A stretch of 63,557 bases of DNA, filler included, from Stramenopiles sp. TOSAG23-6 (GCA_900128565.1; 52 parts of 52 records of this genome joined end to end with filler, not necessarily neighbours in it), one strand, 5' to 3'. Positions 24,391 through 39,483 are shown, counted from the whole stretch's first letter. Made by a program: numbers and translations. The notes: generated by a model not told the origin, from the sequence alone.

Positions 24391-24799
24391 TACACAGTTT
24401 TATATACGTATAAAGTAAGGGATATGCGATTTATATTTTAGCTGTATAACTCATTTCTGTTATAAACTATCTTTAATTCATTTTTAGTATTTTTAGTATT
24501 TTTATAAAGTNNNNNNNNNNNNNNNNNNNNNNNNNNNNNNNNNNNNNNNNNNNNTTAATTAATTAANNNNNNNNNNNNNNNNNNNNNNNNNNNNNNNNNN
24601 NNNNNNNNNNCCAGATATTTATTTTTTCTTAAATTCAAAAAGCAAAAAGGAATCTAGGACCTTAATCAAATTCAAAAAAGAAGCCCAAACCTGGATTTCG
24701 AGCGAAATCTCTAGCAGCTGCTGAAGGTACTACATTACGATAATTACAATTAACCCTAAAAAGTCACATTAATTTATGAATTGTTAATTCATAAATCAA

Positions 24800-25734
24800 A
24801 TGGGTATGAAGAGTTCCATAATTCTTTTGATTCTTGCACAGCAAGGAGCTCAGATAATCTTTGCAAAGCAAATGTCAAATCCGGTTGACCTTGGTCATGG
24901 ATACTCCCACTGTAGTGTTTCATTTTCATACGCGGAGTGTAATTTTTACGCACAAGCTGAATCCAACAGTAATGCTGAACCGACTAAATGTAAAGATCCA
25001 GATTGTGCTCCTCCTGGATGCTATACCGAAATTAATGATAAAAGTGAAGTAAAGTATTACTGGAATGAGAACAAAATAGGAGACTGTACAGAGAAACAAA
25101 CATGTAAGTGTAAACTTTACCATGGTTCTAGACAAGTCATCCAAACTTACGGTAAATGTGCGAAACCAATAAACTATTACGACATTTGTGAAAGAATTGC
25201 AAAGGTTAACAATGGCATATTCAAAGATACCACCAACTGTACCACGGATTGTACTCCTAGAGGTTGTTCTTTTGAATATAAAAAAGACGTAAAAGATAGC
25301 AAAGTGAAGGCGCATTACTCATATAATAGCAATATAACAGAAAAAAATGCTTGTAGCAGTAAAAATATATGCATTTGTGAAAGGGATGATCTTTACAGTG
25401 AATCGGAATGCCCAAATCCGATTAATTCTGAAGAGGAATGTAGAGCTCGCTCACATGGGCACTACGTGTCGCAAACTATTTGCGAGAATAAAGATTGCGC
25501 CCCCCGAGGTTGCTATTATGAGAAACACGAGCAAGTAGGTTTGAATAAGTCAGGTTACTACTGGAATGCAGATAAAAGTGGTTCATGTAAAGACGTGTTT
25601 TGTTTGTGTGGGATTGTAATAAATTCTAAACAAGTCCTGCAAAGTCGTGGAACGTGTACACATCGTACAACAAAAGAGGAATGTCAAAAGCTGGCACATC
25701 AAAACAGAGAATCATTTTATATCAAGCCTAGTGA
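24800..25734 (+). CDS. Secreted Cys-rich repeat protein, 3' partial
   Basis: Signal peptide; repeated EC..A...CxPxGCY...YYWN...C.C modules. Confidence 0.8.
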
Positions 25735-25835
25735 ANNNNNNNNNNNNNNNNNNNNNNNNNNNNNNNNNNNNNNNNNNNNTTAATTAATTAANNNNNNNNN
25801 NNNNNNNNNNNNNNNNNNNNNNNNNNNNNNNNNNN

Positions 25836-26960
25836 GTTATTATTGTTATTACTATTGTTATTATTACTATTGTTATTATTGTTATTACTAGTATTATTAT
25901 TATTATTATTATTACTATTGTTATTACTATTATTAGTCCAATCGACCAGAAAAGCAATGACATGCTCCCGTATTAAATTGACTACTTTATATACAACACA
26001 TTCCTTTTCCCATACAGAACACTTTTTCATAATAAAATCTTCAATATTAGAAAGAACCTCTGTTCCAAGCCAATTACCAACAGAACTAACATTTATTTTT
26101 GGTCCTGATTTTTCTGGATAATATTCGCTAAATTGAACACTGAGTACTAAAGGAGGGACATGTACAACACGTATTGAAGACGCTTTCCAAGAAGAAAATG
26201 TTGCATTTCCTAAATATTGATTATTTATAATTTTTGCAATCTCAATATTTTCCTTTTTCTTTTTCTTTTCAAGCAAGACTTCAGTCTTTGCTTCTTTTGC
26301 TAATTGTATTTGTTCCTCTGCATGTTGTTGGGCAAAATAAATAGTTTCTTGTTTATGATTGACTTTTGCCAAAGCTATTCTTGCATCTATATCTAGTGGT
26401 GACGTATAATCGAAATTAACCACTTGTTCTTCTACCTGTTTGTGCTCAATCAATGTGAAAAAATATTTCAAATAAAAAAAATCATTAGGTACAAAATTTC
26501 GTATGAAAAAAAAATCGAAATTGAAATGAAAACGTTCTTGGTTAGTTTTCAATCGCTCAATTTCACGAATTGTTTCTAATGCTTCCAAGTCAGCTACAAT
26601 TGCCCGATGTTCTGCGATCTCTATACATTTTGTGAAAATATTTTAAATTTGAGATTCTTTAGATATGAAATATAAGAAAAAAAATCATTAGGTACAAAAT
26701 TTCGTACCAAAAAAAAAAAATTGAAATTCATGATAAAAACGTACATGGATAAGTTATCTAAATCATAAATAGACATTCCTTCGCTCTGAAGTAATTGAAA
26801 CGTTTCTTCAAGCGAAAATAACTTTTCTTGAGCTTCTAAAAGAGGAACATTTGTTTGTTTATTTTGTTTCATATTCTTTTGTGCATTATTATTTTGTGTC
26901 ATGGCTTGCTTTGACTCCACTGGAACTGCCACACTTTGCTTTGACTCCACTGGAACTGCC
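25836..26960 (-). CDS. RWD-domain protein fragment (RNF14/ITT1-like), introns 26623-26744 (GT..AT) and 26537-~26445 (GA donor)
   Basis: HVPPLVLSVQFSEYYP...WL...W...VVYKVVNLIRE RWD motif; poly-Asn tract. Confidence 0.7.
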
Positions 26961-29900
26961 NNNNNNNNNNNNNNNNNNNNNNNNNNNNNNNNNNNNNNNN
27001 NNNNTTAATTAATTAANNNNNNNNNNNNNNNNNNNNNNNNNNNNNNNNNNNNNNNNNNNNGTTATTATTGTTATTACTATTGTTATTATTACTATTGTTA
27101 TTATTGTTATTACTAGTATTATTATTATTATTATTATTACTATTGTTATTACTATTATTAGTCCAATCGACCAGAAAAGCAATGACATGCTCCCGTATTA
27201 AATTGACTACTTTATATACAACACATTCCTTTTCCCATACAGAACACTTTTTCATAATAAAATCTTCAATATTAGAAAGAACCTCTGTTCCAAGCCAATT
27301 ACCAACAGAACTAACATTTATTTTTGGTCCTGATTTTTCTGGATAATATTCGCTAAATTGAACACTGAGTACTAAAGGAGGGACATGTACAACACGTATT
27401 GAAGACGCTTTCCAAGAAGAAAATGTTGCATTTCCTAAATATTGATTATTTATAATTTTTGCAATCTCAATATTTTCCTTTTTCTTTTTCTTTTCAAGCA
27501 AGACTTCAGTCTTTGCTTCTTTTGCTAATTGTATTTGTTCCTCTGCATGTTGTTGGGCAAAATAAATAGTTTCTTGTTTATGATTGACTTTTGCCAAAGC
27601 TATTCTTGCATCTATATCTAGTGGTGACGTATAATCGAAATTAACCACTTGTTCTTCTACCTGTTTGTGCTCAATCAATGTGAAAAAATATTTCAAATAA
27701 AAAAAATCATTAGGTACAAAATTTCGTATGAAAAAAAAATCGAAATTGAAATGAAAACGTTCTTGGTTAGTTTTCAATCGCTCAATTTCACGAATTGTTT
27801 CTAATGCTTCCAAGTCAGCTACAATTGCCCGATGTTCTGCGATCTCTATACATTTTGTGAAAATATTTTAAATTTGAGATTCTTTAGATATGAAATATAA
27901 GAAAAAAAATCATTAGGTACAAAATTTCGTACCAAAAAAAAAAAATTGAAATTCATGATAAAAACGTACATGGATAAGTTATCTAAATCATAAATAGACA
28001 TTCCTTCGCTCTGAAGTAATTGAAACGTTTCTTCAAGCGAAAATAACTTTTCTTGAGCTTCTAAAAGAGGAACATTTGTTTGTTTATTTTGTTTCATATT
28101 CTTTTGTGCATTATTATTTTGTGTCATGGCTTGCTTTGACTCCACTGGAACTGCCACACTTTGCTTTGACTCCACTGGAACTGCCNNNNNNNNNNNNNNN
28201 NNNNNNNNNNNNNNNNNNNNNNNNNNNNNTTAATTAATTAANNNNNNNNNNNNNNNNNNNNNNNNNNNNNNNNNNNNNNNNNNNNGTTATTATTGTTATT
28301 ACTATTGTTATTATTACTATTGTTATTATTGTTATTACTAGTATTATTATTATTATTATTATTACTATTGTTATTACTATTATTAGTCCAATCGACCAGA
28401 AAAGCAATGACATGCTCCCGTATTAAATTGACTACTTTATATACAACACATTCCTTTTCCCATACAGAACACTTTTTCATAATAAAATCTTCAATATTAG
28501 AAAGAACCTCTGTTCCAAGCCAATTACCAACAGAACTAACATTTATTTTTGGTCCTGATTTTTCTGGATAATATTCGCTAAATTGAACACTGAGTACTAA
28601 AGGAGGGACATGTACAACACGTATTGAAGACGCTTTCCAAGAAGAAAATGTTGCATTTCCTAAATATTGATTATTTATAATTTTTGCAATCTCAATATTT
28701 TCCTTTTTCTTTTTCTTTTCAAGCAAGACTTCAGTCTTTGCTTCTTTTGCTAATTGTATTTGTTCCTCTGCATGTTGTTGGGCAAAATAAATAGTTTCTT
28801 GTTTATGATTGACTTTTGCCAAAGCTATTCTTGCATCTATATCTAGTGGTGACGTATAATCGAAATTAACCACTTGTTCTTCTACCTGTTTGTGCTCAAT
28901 CAATGTGAAAAAATATTTCAAATAAAAAAAATCATTAGGTACAAAATTTCGTATGAAAAAAAAATCGAAATTGAAATGAAAACGTTCTTGGTTAGTTTTC
29001 AATCGCTCAATTTCACGAATTGTTTCTAATGCTTCCAAGTCAGCTACAATTGCCCGATGTTCTGCGATCTCTATACATTTTGTGAAAATATTTTAAATTT
29101 GAGATTCTTTAGATATGAAATATAAGAAAAAAAATCATTAGGTACAAAATTTCGTACCAAAAAAAAAAAATTGAAATTCATGATAAAAACGTACATGGAT
29201 AAGTTATCTAAATCATAAATAGACATTCCTTCGCTCTGAAGTAATTGAAACGTTTCTTCAAGCGAAAATAACTTTTCTTGAGCTTCTAAAAGAGGAACAT
29301 TTGTTTGTTTATTTTGTTTCATATTCTTTTGTGCATTATTATTTTGTGTCATGGCTTGCTTTGACTCCACTGGAACTGCCACACTTTGCTTTGACTCCAC
29401 TGGAACTGCCNNNNNNNNNNNNNNNNNNNNNNNNNNNNNNNNNNNNNNNNNNNNTTAATTAATTAANNNNNNNNNNNNNNNNNNNNNNNNNNNNNNNNNN
29501 NNNNNNNNNNGTTATTATTGTTATTACTATTGTTATTATTACTATTGTTATTATTGTTATTACTAGTATTATTATTATTATTATTATTACTATTGTTATT
29601 ACTATTATTAGTCCAATCGACCAGAAAAGCAATGACATGCTCCCGTATTAAATTGACTACTTTATATACAACACATTCCTTTTCCCATACAGAACACTTT
29701 TTCATAATAAAATCTTCAATATTAGAAAGAACCTCTGTTCCAAGCCAATTACCAACAGAACTAACATTTATTTTTGGTCCTGATTTTTCTGGATAATATT
29801 CGCTAAATTGAACACTGAGTACTAAAGGAGGGACATGTACAACACGTATTGAAGACGCTTTCCAAGAAGAAAATGTTGCATTTCCTAAATATTGATTATT

Positions 29901-32900
29901 TATAATTTTTGCAATCTCAATATTTTCCTTTTTCTTTTTCTTTTCAAGCAAGACTTCAGTCTTTGCTTCTTTTGCTAATTGTATTTGTTCCTCTGCATGT
30001 TGTTGGGCAAAATAAATAGTTTCTTGTTTATGATTGACTTTTGCCAAAGCTATTCTTGCATCTATATCTAGTGGTGACGTATAATCGAAATTAACCACTT
30101 GTTCTTCTACCTGTTTGTGCTCAATCAATGTGAAAAAATATTTCAAATAAAAAAAATCATTAGGTACAAAATTTCGTATGAAAAAAAAATCGAAATTGAA
30201 ATGAAAACGTTCTTGGTTAGTTTTCAATCGCTCAATTTCACGAATTGTTTCTAATGCTTCCAAGTCAGCTACAATTGCCCGATGTTCTGCGATCTCTATA
30301 CATTTTGTGAAAATATTTTAAATTTGAGATTCTTTAGATATGAAATATAAGAAAAAAAATCATTAGGTACAAAATTTCGTACCAAAAAAAAAAAATTGAA
30401 ATTCATGATAAAAACGTACATGGATAAGTTATCTAAATCATAAATAGACATTCCTTCGCTCTGAAGTAATTGAAACGTTTCTTCAAGCGAAAATAACTTT
30501 TCTTGAGCTTCTAAAAGAGGAACATTTGTTTGTTTATTTTGTTTCATATTCTTTTGTGCATTATTATTTTGTGTCATGGCTTGCTTTGACTCCACTGGAA
30601 CTGCCACACTTTGCTTTGACTCCACTGGAACTGCCNNNNNNNNNNNNNNNNNNNNNNNNNNNNNNNNNNNNNNNNNNNNTTAATTAATTAANNNNNNNNN
30701 NNNNNNNNNNNNNNNNNNNNNNNNNNNNNNNNNNNGTTATTATTGTTATTACTATTGTTATTATTACTATTGTTATTATTGTTATTACTAGTATTATTAT
30801 TATTATTATTATTACTATTGTTATTACTATTATTAGTCCAATCGACCAGAAAAGCAATGACATGCTCCCGTATTAAATTGACTACTTTATATACAACACA
30901 TTCCTTTTCCCATACAGAACACTTTTTCATAATAAAATCTTCAATATTAGAAAGAACCTCTGTTCCAAGCCAATTACCAACAGAACTAACATTTATTTTT
31001 GGTCCTGATTTTTCTGGATAATATTCGCTAAATTGAACACTGAGTACTAAAGGAGGGACATGTACAACACGTATTGAAGACGCTTTCCAAGAAGAAAATG
31101 TTGCATTTCCTAAATATTGATTATTTATAATTTTTGCAATCTCAATATTTTCCTTTTTCTTTTTCTTTTCAAGCAAGACTTCAGTCTTTGCTTCTTTTGC
31201 TAATTGTATTTGTTCCTCTGCATGTTGTTGGGCAAAATAAATAGTTTCTTGTTTATGATTGACTTTTGCCAAAGCTATTCTTGCATCTATATCTAGTGGT
31301 GACGTATAATCGAAATTAACCACTTGTTCTTCTACCTGTTTGTGCTCAATCAATGTGAAAAAATATTTCAAATAAAAAAAATCATTAGGTACAAAATTTC
31401 GTATGAAAAAAAAATCGAAATTGAAATGAAAACGTTCTTGGTTAGTTTTCAATCGCTCAATTTCACGAATTGTTTCTAATGCTTCCAAGTCAGCTACAAT
31501 TGCCCGATGTTCTGCGATCTCTATACATTTTGTGAAAATATTTTAAATTTGAGATTCTTTAGATATGAAATATAAGAAAAAAAATCATTAGGTACAAAAT
31601 TTCGTACCAAAAAAAAAAAATTGAAATTCATGATAAAAACGTACATGGATAAGTTATCTAAATCATAAATAGACATTCCTTCGCTCTGAAGTAATTGAAA
31701 CGTTTCTTCAAGCGAAAATAACTTTTCTTGAGCTTCTAAAAGAGGAACATTTGTTTGTTTATTTTGTTTCATATTCTTTTGTGCATTATTATTTTGTGTC
31801 ATGGCTTGCTTTGACTCCACTGGAACTGCCACACTTTGCTTTGACTCCACTGGAACTGCCNNNNNNNNNNNNNNNNNNNNNNNNNNNNNNNNNNNNNNNN
31901 NNNNTTAATTAATTAANNNNNNNNNNNNNNNNNNNNNNNNNNNNNNNNNNNNNNNNNNNNGTTATTATTGTTATTACTATTGTTATTATTACTATTGTTA
32001 TTATTGTTATTACTAGTATTATTATTATTATTATTATTACTATTGTTATTACTATTATTAGTCCAATCGACCAGAAAAGCAATGACATGCTCCCGTATTA
32101 AATTGACTACTTTATATACAACACATTCCTTTTCCCATACAGAACACTTTTTCATAATAAAATCTTCAATATTAGAAAGAACCTCTGTTCCAAGCCAATT
32201 ACCAACAGAACTAACATTTATTTTTGGTCCTGATTTTTCTGGATAATATTCGCTAAATTGAACACTGAGTACTAAAGGAGGGACATGTACAACACGTATT
32301 GAAGACGCTTTCCAAGAAGAAAATGTTGCATTTCCTAAATATTGATTATTTATAATTTTTGCAATCTCAATATTTTCCTTTTTCTTTTTCTTTTCAAGCA
32401 AGACTTCAGTCTTTGCTTCTTTTGCTAATTGTATTTGTTCCTCTGCATGTTGTTGGGCAAAATAAATAGTTTCTTGTTTATGATTGACTTTTGCCAAAGC
32501 TATTCTTGCATCTATATCTAGTGGTGACGTATAATCGAAATTAACCACTTGTTCTTCTACCTGTTTGTGCTCAATCAATGTGAAAAAATATTTCAAATAA
32601 AAAAAATCATTAGGTACAAAATTTCGTATGAAAAAAAAATCGAAATTGAAATGAAAACGTTCTTGGTTAGTTTTCAATCGCTCAATTTCACGAATTGTTT
32701 CTAATGCTTCCAAGTCAGCTACAATTGCCCGATGTTCTGCGATCTCTATACATTTTGTGAAAATATTTTAAATTTGAGATTCTTTAGATATGAAATATAA
32801 GAAAAAAAATCATTAGGTACAAAATTTCGTACCAAAAAAAAAAAATTGAAATTCATGATAAAAACGTACATGGATAAGTTATCTAAATCATAAATAGACA

Positions 32901-34310
32901 TTCCTTCGCTCTGAAGTAATTGAAACGTTTCTTCAAGCGAAAATAACTTTTCTTGAGCTTCTAAAAGAGGAACATTTGTTTGTTTATTTTGTTTCATATT
33001 CTTTTGTGCATTATTATTTTGTGTCATGGCTTGCTTTGACTCCACTGGAACTGCCACACTTTGCTTTGACTCCACTGGAACTGCCNNNNNNNNNNNNNNN
33101 NNNNNNNNNNNNNNNNNNNNNNNNNNNNNTTAATTAATTAANNNNNNNNNNNNNNNNNNNNNNNNNNNNNNNNNNNNNNNNNNNNGTTATTATTGTTATT
33201 ACTATTGTTATTATTACTATTGTTATTATTGTTATTACTAGTATTATTATTATTATTATTATTACTATTGTTATTACTATTATTAGTCCAATCGACCAGA
33301 AAAGCAATGACATGCTCCCGTATTAAATTGACTACTTTATATACAACACATTCCTTTTCCCATACAGAACACTTTTTCATAATAAAATCTTCAATATTAG
33401 AAAGAACCTCTGTTCCAAGCCAATTACCAACAGAACTAACATTTATTTTTGGTCCTGATTTTTCTGGATAATATTCGCTAAATTGAACACTGAGTACTAA
33501 AGGAGGGACATGTACAACACGTATTGAAGACGCTTTCCAAGAAGAAAATGTTGCATTTCCTAAATATTGATTATTTATAATTTTTGCAATCTCAATATTT
33601 TCCTTTTTCTTTTTCTTTTCAAGCAAGACTTCAGTCTTTGCTTCTTTTGCTAATTGTATTTGTTCCTCTGCATGTTGTTGGGCAAAATAAATAGTTTCTT
33701 GTTTATGATTGACTTTTGCCAAAGCTATTCTTGCATCTATATCTAGTGGTGACGTATAATCGAAATTAACCACTTGTTCTTCTACCTGTTTGTGCTCAAT
33801 CAATGTGAAAAAATATTTCAAATAAAAAAAATCATTAGGTACAAAATTTCGTATGAAAAAAAAATCGAAATTGAAATGAAAACGTTCTTGGTTAGTTTTC
33901 AATCGCTCAATTTCACGAATTGTTTCTAATGCTTCCAAGTCAGCTACAATTGCCCGATGTTCTGCGATCTCTATACATTTTGTGAAAATATTTTAAATTT
34001 GAGATTCTTTAGATATGAAATATAAGAAAAAAAATCATTAGGTACAAAATTTCGTACCAAAAAAAAAAAATTGAAATTCATGATAAAAACGTACATGGAT
34101 AAGTTATCTAAATCATAAATAGACATTCCTTCGCTCTGAAGTAATTGAAACGTTTCTTCAAGCGAAAATAACTTTTCTTGAGCTTCTAAAAGAGGAACAT
34201 TTGTTTGTTTATTTTGTTTCATATTCTTTTGTGCATTATTATTTTGTGTCATGGCTTGCTTTGACTCCACTGGAACTGCCACACTTTGCTTTGACTCCAC
34301 TGGAACTGCC
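25836..34310. repeat. Seven identical copies of one 1125-nt contig (period 1225 including linker)
   Basis: Identical sequence and ORFs, each copy bounded by linkers. Confidence 0.97.
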
Positions 34311-34515
34311 NNNNNNNNNNNNNNNNNNNNNNNNNNNNNNNNNNNNNNNNNNNNTTAATTAATTAANNNNNNNNNNNNNNNNNNNNNNNNNNNNNNNNNN
34401 NNNNNNNNNNTTTTTTTTGTTTTTTTTTTTTGTTCGAAATTTTTTTCCTAACGATTTTTTTTTTTTTTTTTTGAAATTTTAAATTTTTTTTGACTTTTTT
34501 TTCAAATGTACTATA

Positions 34516-35398
34516 AATACTTTTTCACAATATATGGGCAGAGTATAAAGCTTCATTTACAAAAAGTGGATTTGGAAGTGTATTTCATGACAAAAATACA
34601 AATAATTTAATAATAGACGAATCTCTAAAAGAACACGAAAAAATTGAAAAAATGGAAAAAATTGAAAAAATTGAAAAAATTGAAAAAATTGAAAAAATTA
34701 CAACTTCCGGAATTAAATTAGGAAATGATATTCAAATGAATGCTACACGAAATATAAATTTCTTGAAAAATACAGCAAATGATATATACTCAGATCGTAC
34801 TAACTTACTGAATATTGCAAAACAACGCGCTGAAATTTTTAAAGAAGTGTATGTTGTTTTTTTTTGAATTTTTTTTTTTTTTCGTACGAAAATTCGTACC
34901 TAACAAAAAAAAATAATTTTTGAAATTTTGAAATATTTTCACAAAAATACAGAGCATCTGAATTTACAACTGCATACAAAACATCACGAAATAATGCAGA
35001 AATATCACAAAATTCTTTTTTATCAACTGAAATTATTGAAACATTTAATAGTGATGTTAATTCAGGGAAAAAAACACCAACAGAAGCTGGAATTGATGTA
35101 GTCAAAACTGTTATTAATGAGGTACGTTTGTATCATTCATTTTTTTTTTTGCATAGTAAATTTTTCAAAAAAAAAAAAAATTTTTAATTTTTCAAAAAAA
35201 AAAAAATTTCATACGAAATTTCATACCTAACAAAAACATTCTTTTTGAAATATTTTTTTAGTACAGACAAAACAAAATACAAAGACAAATATAGATGCAA
35301 TACACAATGTTGCCAATGAAGCTTATGATGATCGAGATGAAATTAGTGAAATTATTCAAAAAAAAACAAAAGAAACTTTACACAATGCAAAATCAGAT
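34516..35398 (+). CDS. Multi-exon hypothetical protein; GT-AG introns 34849-34952 and 35122-35266 carrying the branch box
   Basis: Frame-preserving joins KEV|ASEF and INE|TKQN. Confidence 0.75.
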
Positions 35399-35763
35399 GT
35401 ATGTTTTTTTTTTTTTTTTTTTTTTTTTTAGAGAATTTTTTTTTCGTAAGAAATTTCGTACCTAAAAATTTTTTTTTTCGTACGAAATTTTGTACCTAAC
35501 AATTTTTTTTAGATTTTTTTTTTTGAAATATTTTTNNNNNNNNNNNNNNNNNNNNNNNNNNNNNNNNNNNNNNNNNNNNTTAATTAATTAANNNNNNNNN
35601 NNNNNNNNNNNNNNNNNNNNNNNNNNNNNNNNNNNTTATTTTTTTATTTTTCCTAATTTTTATATTGTTTTTTTATTTTTCCTAATTTTTGTATTTTTTT
35701 TTTTATTTTACCCAATTTTGCTTGCATTATTTTTTTATTTTTCCTAATTTTTATATTGTTTTT

Positions 35764-36759
35764 TTATTTTTCATAATTTTTGTAATTTGCACCATTTTTA
35801 AGCAAAAGTTCTGTCATCCCATCAGATACCGCCATGTCCAGAGGTGTCAATCCCAATTTACTTTGAATATTTGGATTTGCACGATTTTTAATGTTTTCAA
35901 GCAAAAGTTTTGCCATTTCAATATTATCGAGATGTACAGCAATAATCAGAGGTGTGAATCCGTTTTCAGCTTGAATATTTGCACCTGCACCACACCAAAG
36001 CAAAAGTGCTGCCATTCTAATATTATTGTGTGATGCAGCTTGGAACAGAGGTGTATATCCGTTTTTATCTGGAATATCTGGATTTGCGCCATATTGAAGC
36101 AAAAGTCTTGCCATTTCAGTTTTATTATCAGATACAGCACTGAACAGAGGTGTATATCCGTTTTCATCTTTAATATCTGGATTTGCACCATTTTCAAGGA
36201 AACGTTGCATCATTTCAGTATTATTATCATATATTGCTATACCCAAAAGTGACTGTTTACCAATTGAAGTATTTAGCATATCGTTTTTCTCATCTTTTTT
36301 CATATCCCTTAGTATATCATATCCAAAATTTTCTCTGTTGATTTGGGCAGCAAGACCAAGTAGATCTGTTCTTACTTCAACTGTAGGTCCACAGGTTTCA
36401 TAAGAAGCTGTATAAAATACAGGCTCTGAATCTTTCGCCAATCGTTCATACTCAAAGTTTCGGAAACTAACTCTTTTAGCTGCTTGTTCATTTACAGGGT
36501 CTCCCGTTGTCTCTTTATTATATTCTTGAATTTCAGCAAAAAGACCATTTACTGTCTTTGGTTTGGTATCTTGAGGATTTGAAAAAGCTGCCATTGCCAA
36601 GAGACCAGCCATGTATGTTAAACGTGATGGGTCGATGGACCCAATCATAGCTATATTTGTTCCTTTTCCATTTTTTTTCATTTCTTTTAGATAGTCAACA
36701 ATTTTACTCCCATAACATGAACCAGATACAATAGCAATTGGAGTATCTTTGGAGAAACG
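35764..36759 (-). CDS. Ankyrin-repeat protein, 5' partial
   Basis: GANPDI..NGYTPL repeats. Confidence 0.9.
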   Translation of the reverse strand, partial: RFSKDTPIAIVSGSCYGSKIVDYLKEMKKNGKGTNIAMIGSIDPSRLTYMAGLLAMAAFSNPQDTKPKTVNGLFAEIQEYNKETTGDPVNEQAAKRVSFRNFEYERLAKDSEPVFYTASYETCGPTVEVRTDLLGLAAQINRENFGYDILRDMKKDEKNDMLNTSIGKQSLLGIAIYDNNTEMMQRFLENGANPDIKDENGYTPLFSAVSDNKTEMARLLLQYGANPDIPDKNGYTPLFQAASHNNIRMAALLLWCGAGANIQAENGFTPLIIAVHLDNIEMAKLLLENIKNRANPNIQSKLGLTPLDMAVSDGMTELLLKNGANYKNYEK

Positions 36760-37145
36760 NNNNNNNNNNNNNNNNNNNNNNNNNNNNNNNNNNNNNNNNN
36801 NNNTTAATTAATTAANNNNNNNNNNNNNNNNNNNNNNNNNNNNNNNNNNNNNNNNNNNNGTGAATCTGTAGACGTAAATTTTTCTCACCCTGTAGACTTT
36901 TGCCCTTTTATAGCGAGGCATATACGTACCAAGGTCTCCGTAGTGGGTCTAAACATTATTTCTCAATCTGTTAGAGGAAAAAACGCAAACTCTGTAGGTA
37001 TGAAACGTGCATTTTACGAGGCATTCTGTGCGGCATCTAACATAGAGCAGCCCCCAGTCAATGATGCAACTCCACAATACCCTGGTCTTGTTCTTTCCAT
37101 TTGTATAGCTACACATTAAAAAAAGAGAGATTACAATTGAAAAAA

Positions 37146-37982
37146 ATGAATAAATCACGTCAAAAATATGAGACTGTGGTCAACGAAGAAAATATCCGAC
37201 TAATTAAACAGAGAAATGTGGCTTCGAAAGGTATGGGTAATTTTAATAATCGCACGAAATATATTGAACTGATGAAACAACGAACAAAAGATGACCTTAG
37301 AGCAAAGGCAAAAATTAAAAGTGAACGACGAGCAAAACTAATGGAAAAGAGAGCAGCCGCTGAAAAATTGTACAAAGAAATGCAAATTGCAAAATTTAAA
37401 GCGAGAGATGAAAGAATCAGAAAATTCCAGCTAAAAAAGGAGAAAAAACGTCAAATTGCAATAAATCGGGGACAAGGCTCATCTGAGAAACCTCCTCAGA
37501 CTAAAGGTGATCTATTAAATGCAAAGCGACGTGAGGAAATGGAGCTTAAAATGAAAAAAAAACTTGACCATGTGAGTTTTCATCCTTCACTTTATATAGA
37601 TATTACCCAATTTTACATTTTTTTTTTTTTACAATGAAATTCTGTACCTAACATTTTTTTTCAACCAAAAAAAAAATATATATTTTCCAACAATTCATAT
37701 TGCTAAAGTAAAAAGACGAAAACATCAACTTCGAGAAAAAAAGCGAATTGAGCGTAATTTAAGATTGGAAGAAAGAATGGCCAATGCTGCTCAGATGAGA
37801 AGAGCATTGCAATTTCAAGCACAAGAAAAAGCAGAAGAATTAGCAAGTGAGCAGGTTCGTTTTTATCATTCATTTTTTACTTTTATTTTTTCTTTTTCAT
37901 TGAAAATTTTCAGCAGTACTTAACGATTTTCAAATTATAAAACATATTTTCTTCAAANGCATGCTCGATCGGAACGAATGAA
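37146..37982 (+). CDS. Basic coiled-coil protein; introns 37572-37698 and 37855-37962 (both GT..AT)
   Basis: KKLDH|IAKVKRRK and ASEQ|ARSERM phase-0 joins. Confidence 0.75.
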
Positions 37983-38487
37983 NNNNNNNNNNNNNNNNNN
38001 NNNNNNNNNNNNNNNNNNNNNNNNNNTTAATTAATTAANNNNNNNNNNNNNNNNNNNNNNNNNNNNNNNNNNNNNNNNNNNNTATTGCTCGTGAGGAAGC
38101 TGCTGCTGCTGCTGCTGCAGAAGCTTCATAAGCGATCTGTTAGATTGAGTTGGTGCTCTTTCGTGTAGACTCCATTCTTACGAAGGTCTCTTGCGAAAGG
38201 TCATCCCAATTCTCTGTATTAAATGCGTTCTGCCACTACTCTGTATGCCACTCCCGAGACTGCTTTAGATGTATGATTTAATTGATATGTTATATAAGCT
38301 TCTCATAAGCGCAATAAAGTCTGTGACCGACCAATTTTGTTGATTTTATTCATTATTACTTTTCATATAGAGTTGTGAATATTTTATAAGTACGAACTAT
38401 ATACACAACTATATACATCATGTACAAAATGACTATTGAGCTACAACTTGATATATTTTCTTTTATTTTGAAACACACATTTATTAT

Positions 38488-39205
38488 CTATGCCACAACT
38501 TCAGTACATTGATCCTCAACATCTGCATCAGATGTTTCATTATTTTGAGCCTCCACCGTTTGAGGTGTGTTTGCTGGAGCATTGTTGTTTTCAGTTACTT
38601 TTTCAATTTGGTTTTCAATCTCTGAAATATTTGGAGAAGTAGCGACAACGTCCTGCTCNNNNNNNNNNNNNNNNNNNNNNNNNNNNNNNNNNNNNNNNNN
38701 NNNNNNNNNNNNNNNNNNNNTCTGAAAGAAATCCATAATAATCGTCATGAGCATCTACACAATCTTTCAATTGTAGTGTATGCTGAGCACAAACGTCGAA
38801 AAAATCTTCTTCATTCTTTTTTGCATTTTCCACACACGTTTCCCATGCAGAAAAAACATCTCCACAAGGACCTGCTTTCATGTACAAACAAAAACCACAT
38901 TCAGCTTTAGATTCTTTACATACACCTGCTTCATGATCCCATCTGTCTGAACTACAGAGTGTACCTTCCAACTCGCCATCTATACCATCAACGAGGGCCA
39001 CATTCTCTTGCTTTGTAGGCTGTTCATCGTTAGCAGGTATTTCACCTGCCCAAGTCTTTATATGAGAAGGTTTGAAGGTTTCATTCTCAACAGTTTTGTT
39101 AGTATCTAATAATGTTTGAATAGAATCGATATTCTGAACACGACGTATCAAAGTATTCGAGTATTTTGCAGGACAGCTATTTCGCCGAGCAAGCGTTACA
39201 TGAGG
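38488..39205 (-). CDS. GCK-domain (twin CX9C-like) protein
   Basis: ECGFCLYMKAGPCGDVFSAWETCV...C...L.DC..AH.DYY. Confidence 0.85.
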
Positions 39206-39483
39206 NNNNNNNNNNNNNNNNNNNNNNNNNNNNNNNNNNNNNNNNNNNNTTAATTAATTAANNNNNNNNNNNNNNNNNNNNNNNNNNNNNNNNNNNNNNN
39301 NNNNNTCAATTTTTAATTTATATATTTTTTTTTTTTGGTAAAAAAATTTTGTACCTAACATATTTTTTTAGATTTTTTTTATTTTTTTTAAATTTCGAAA
39401 TTTTTTTTTTTTTTTGGTTTTTATAAAAATTTTGTACCTAACAAAATTAAAATTTTTTTTTGAAATATTTTTCCAAAATACAT

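Noticed and set aside
25843-26121. Poly-Leu ORFs (and similar ORFs at 54513, 55107 and 56043-56330)
   Set aside because: Antisense or off-frame readings of poly-Asn/Asp/Thr coding tracts
25836-34310. Seven-copy tandem gene array
   Set aside because: Copies are identical, have identical truncated ends and are separated by artificial linkers, so this is a duplicated contig entry
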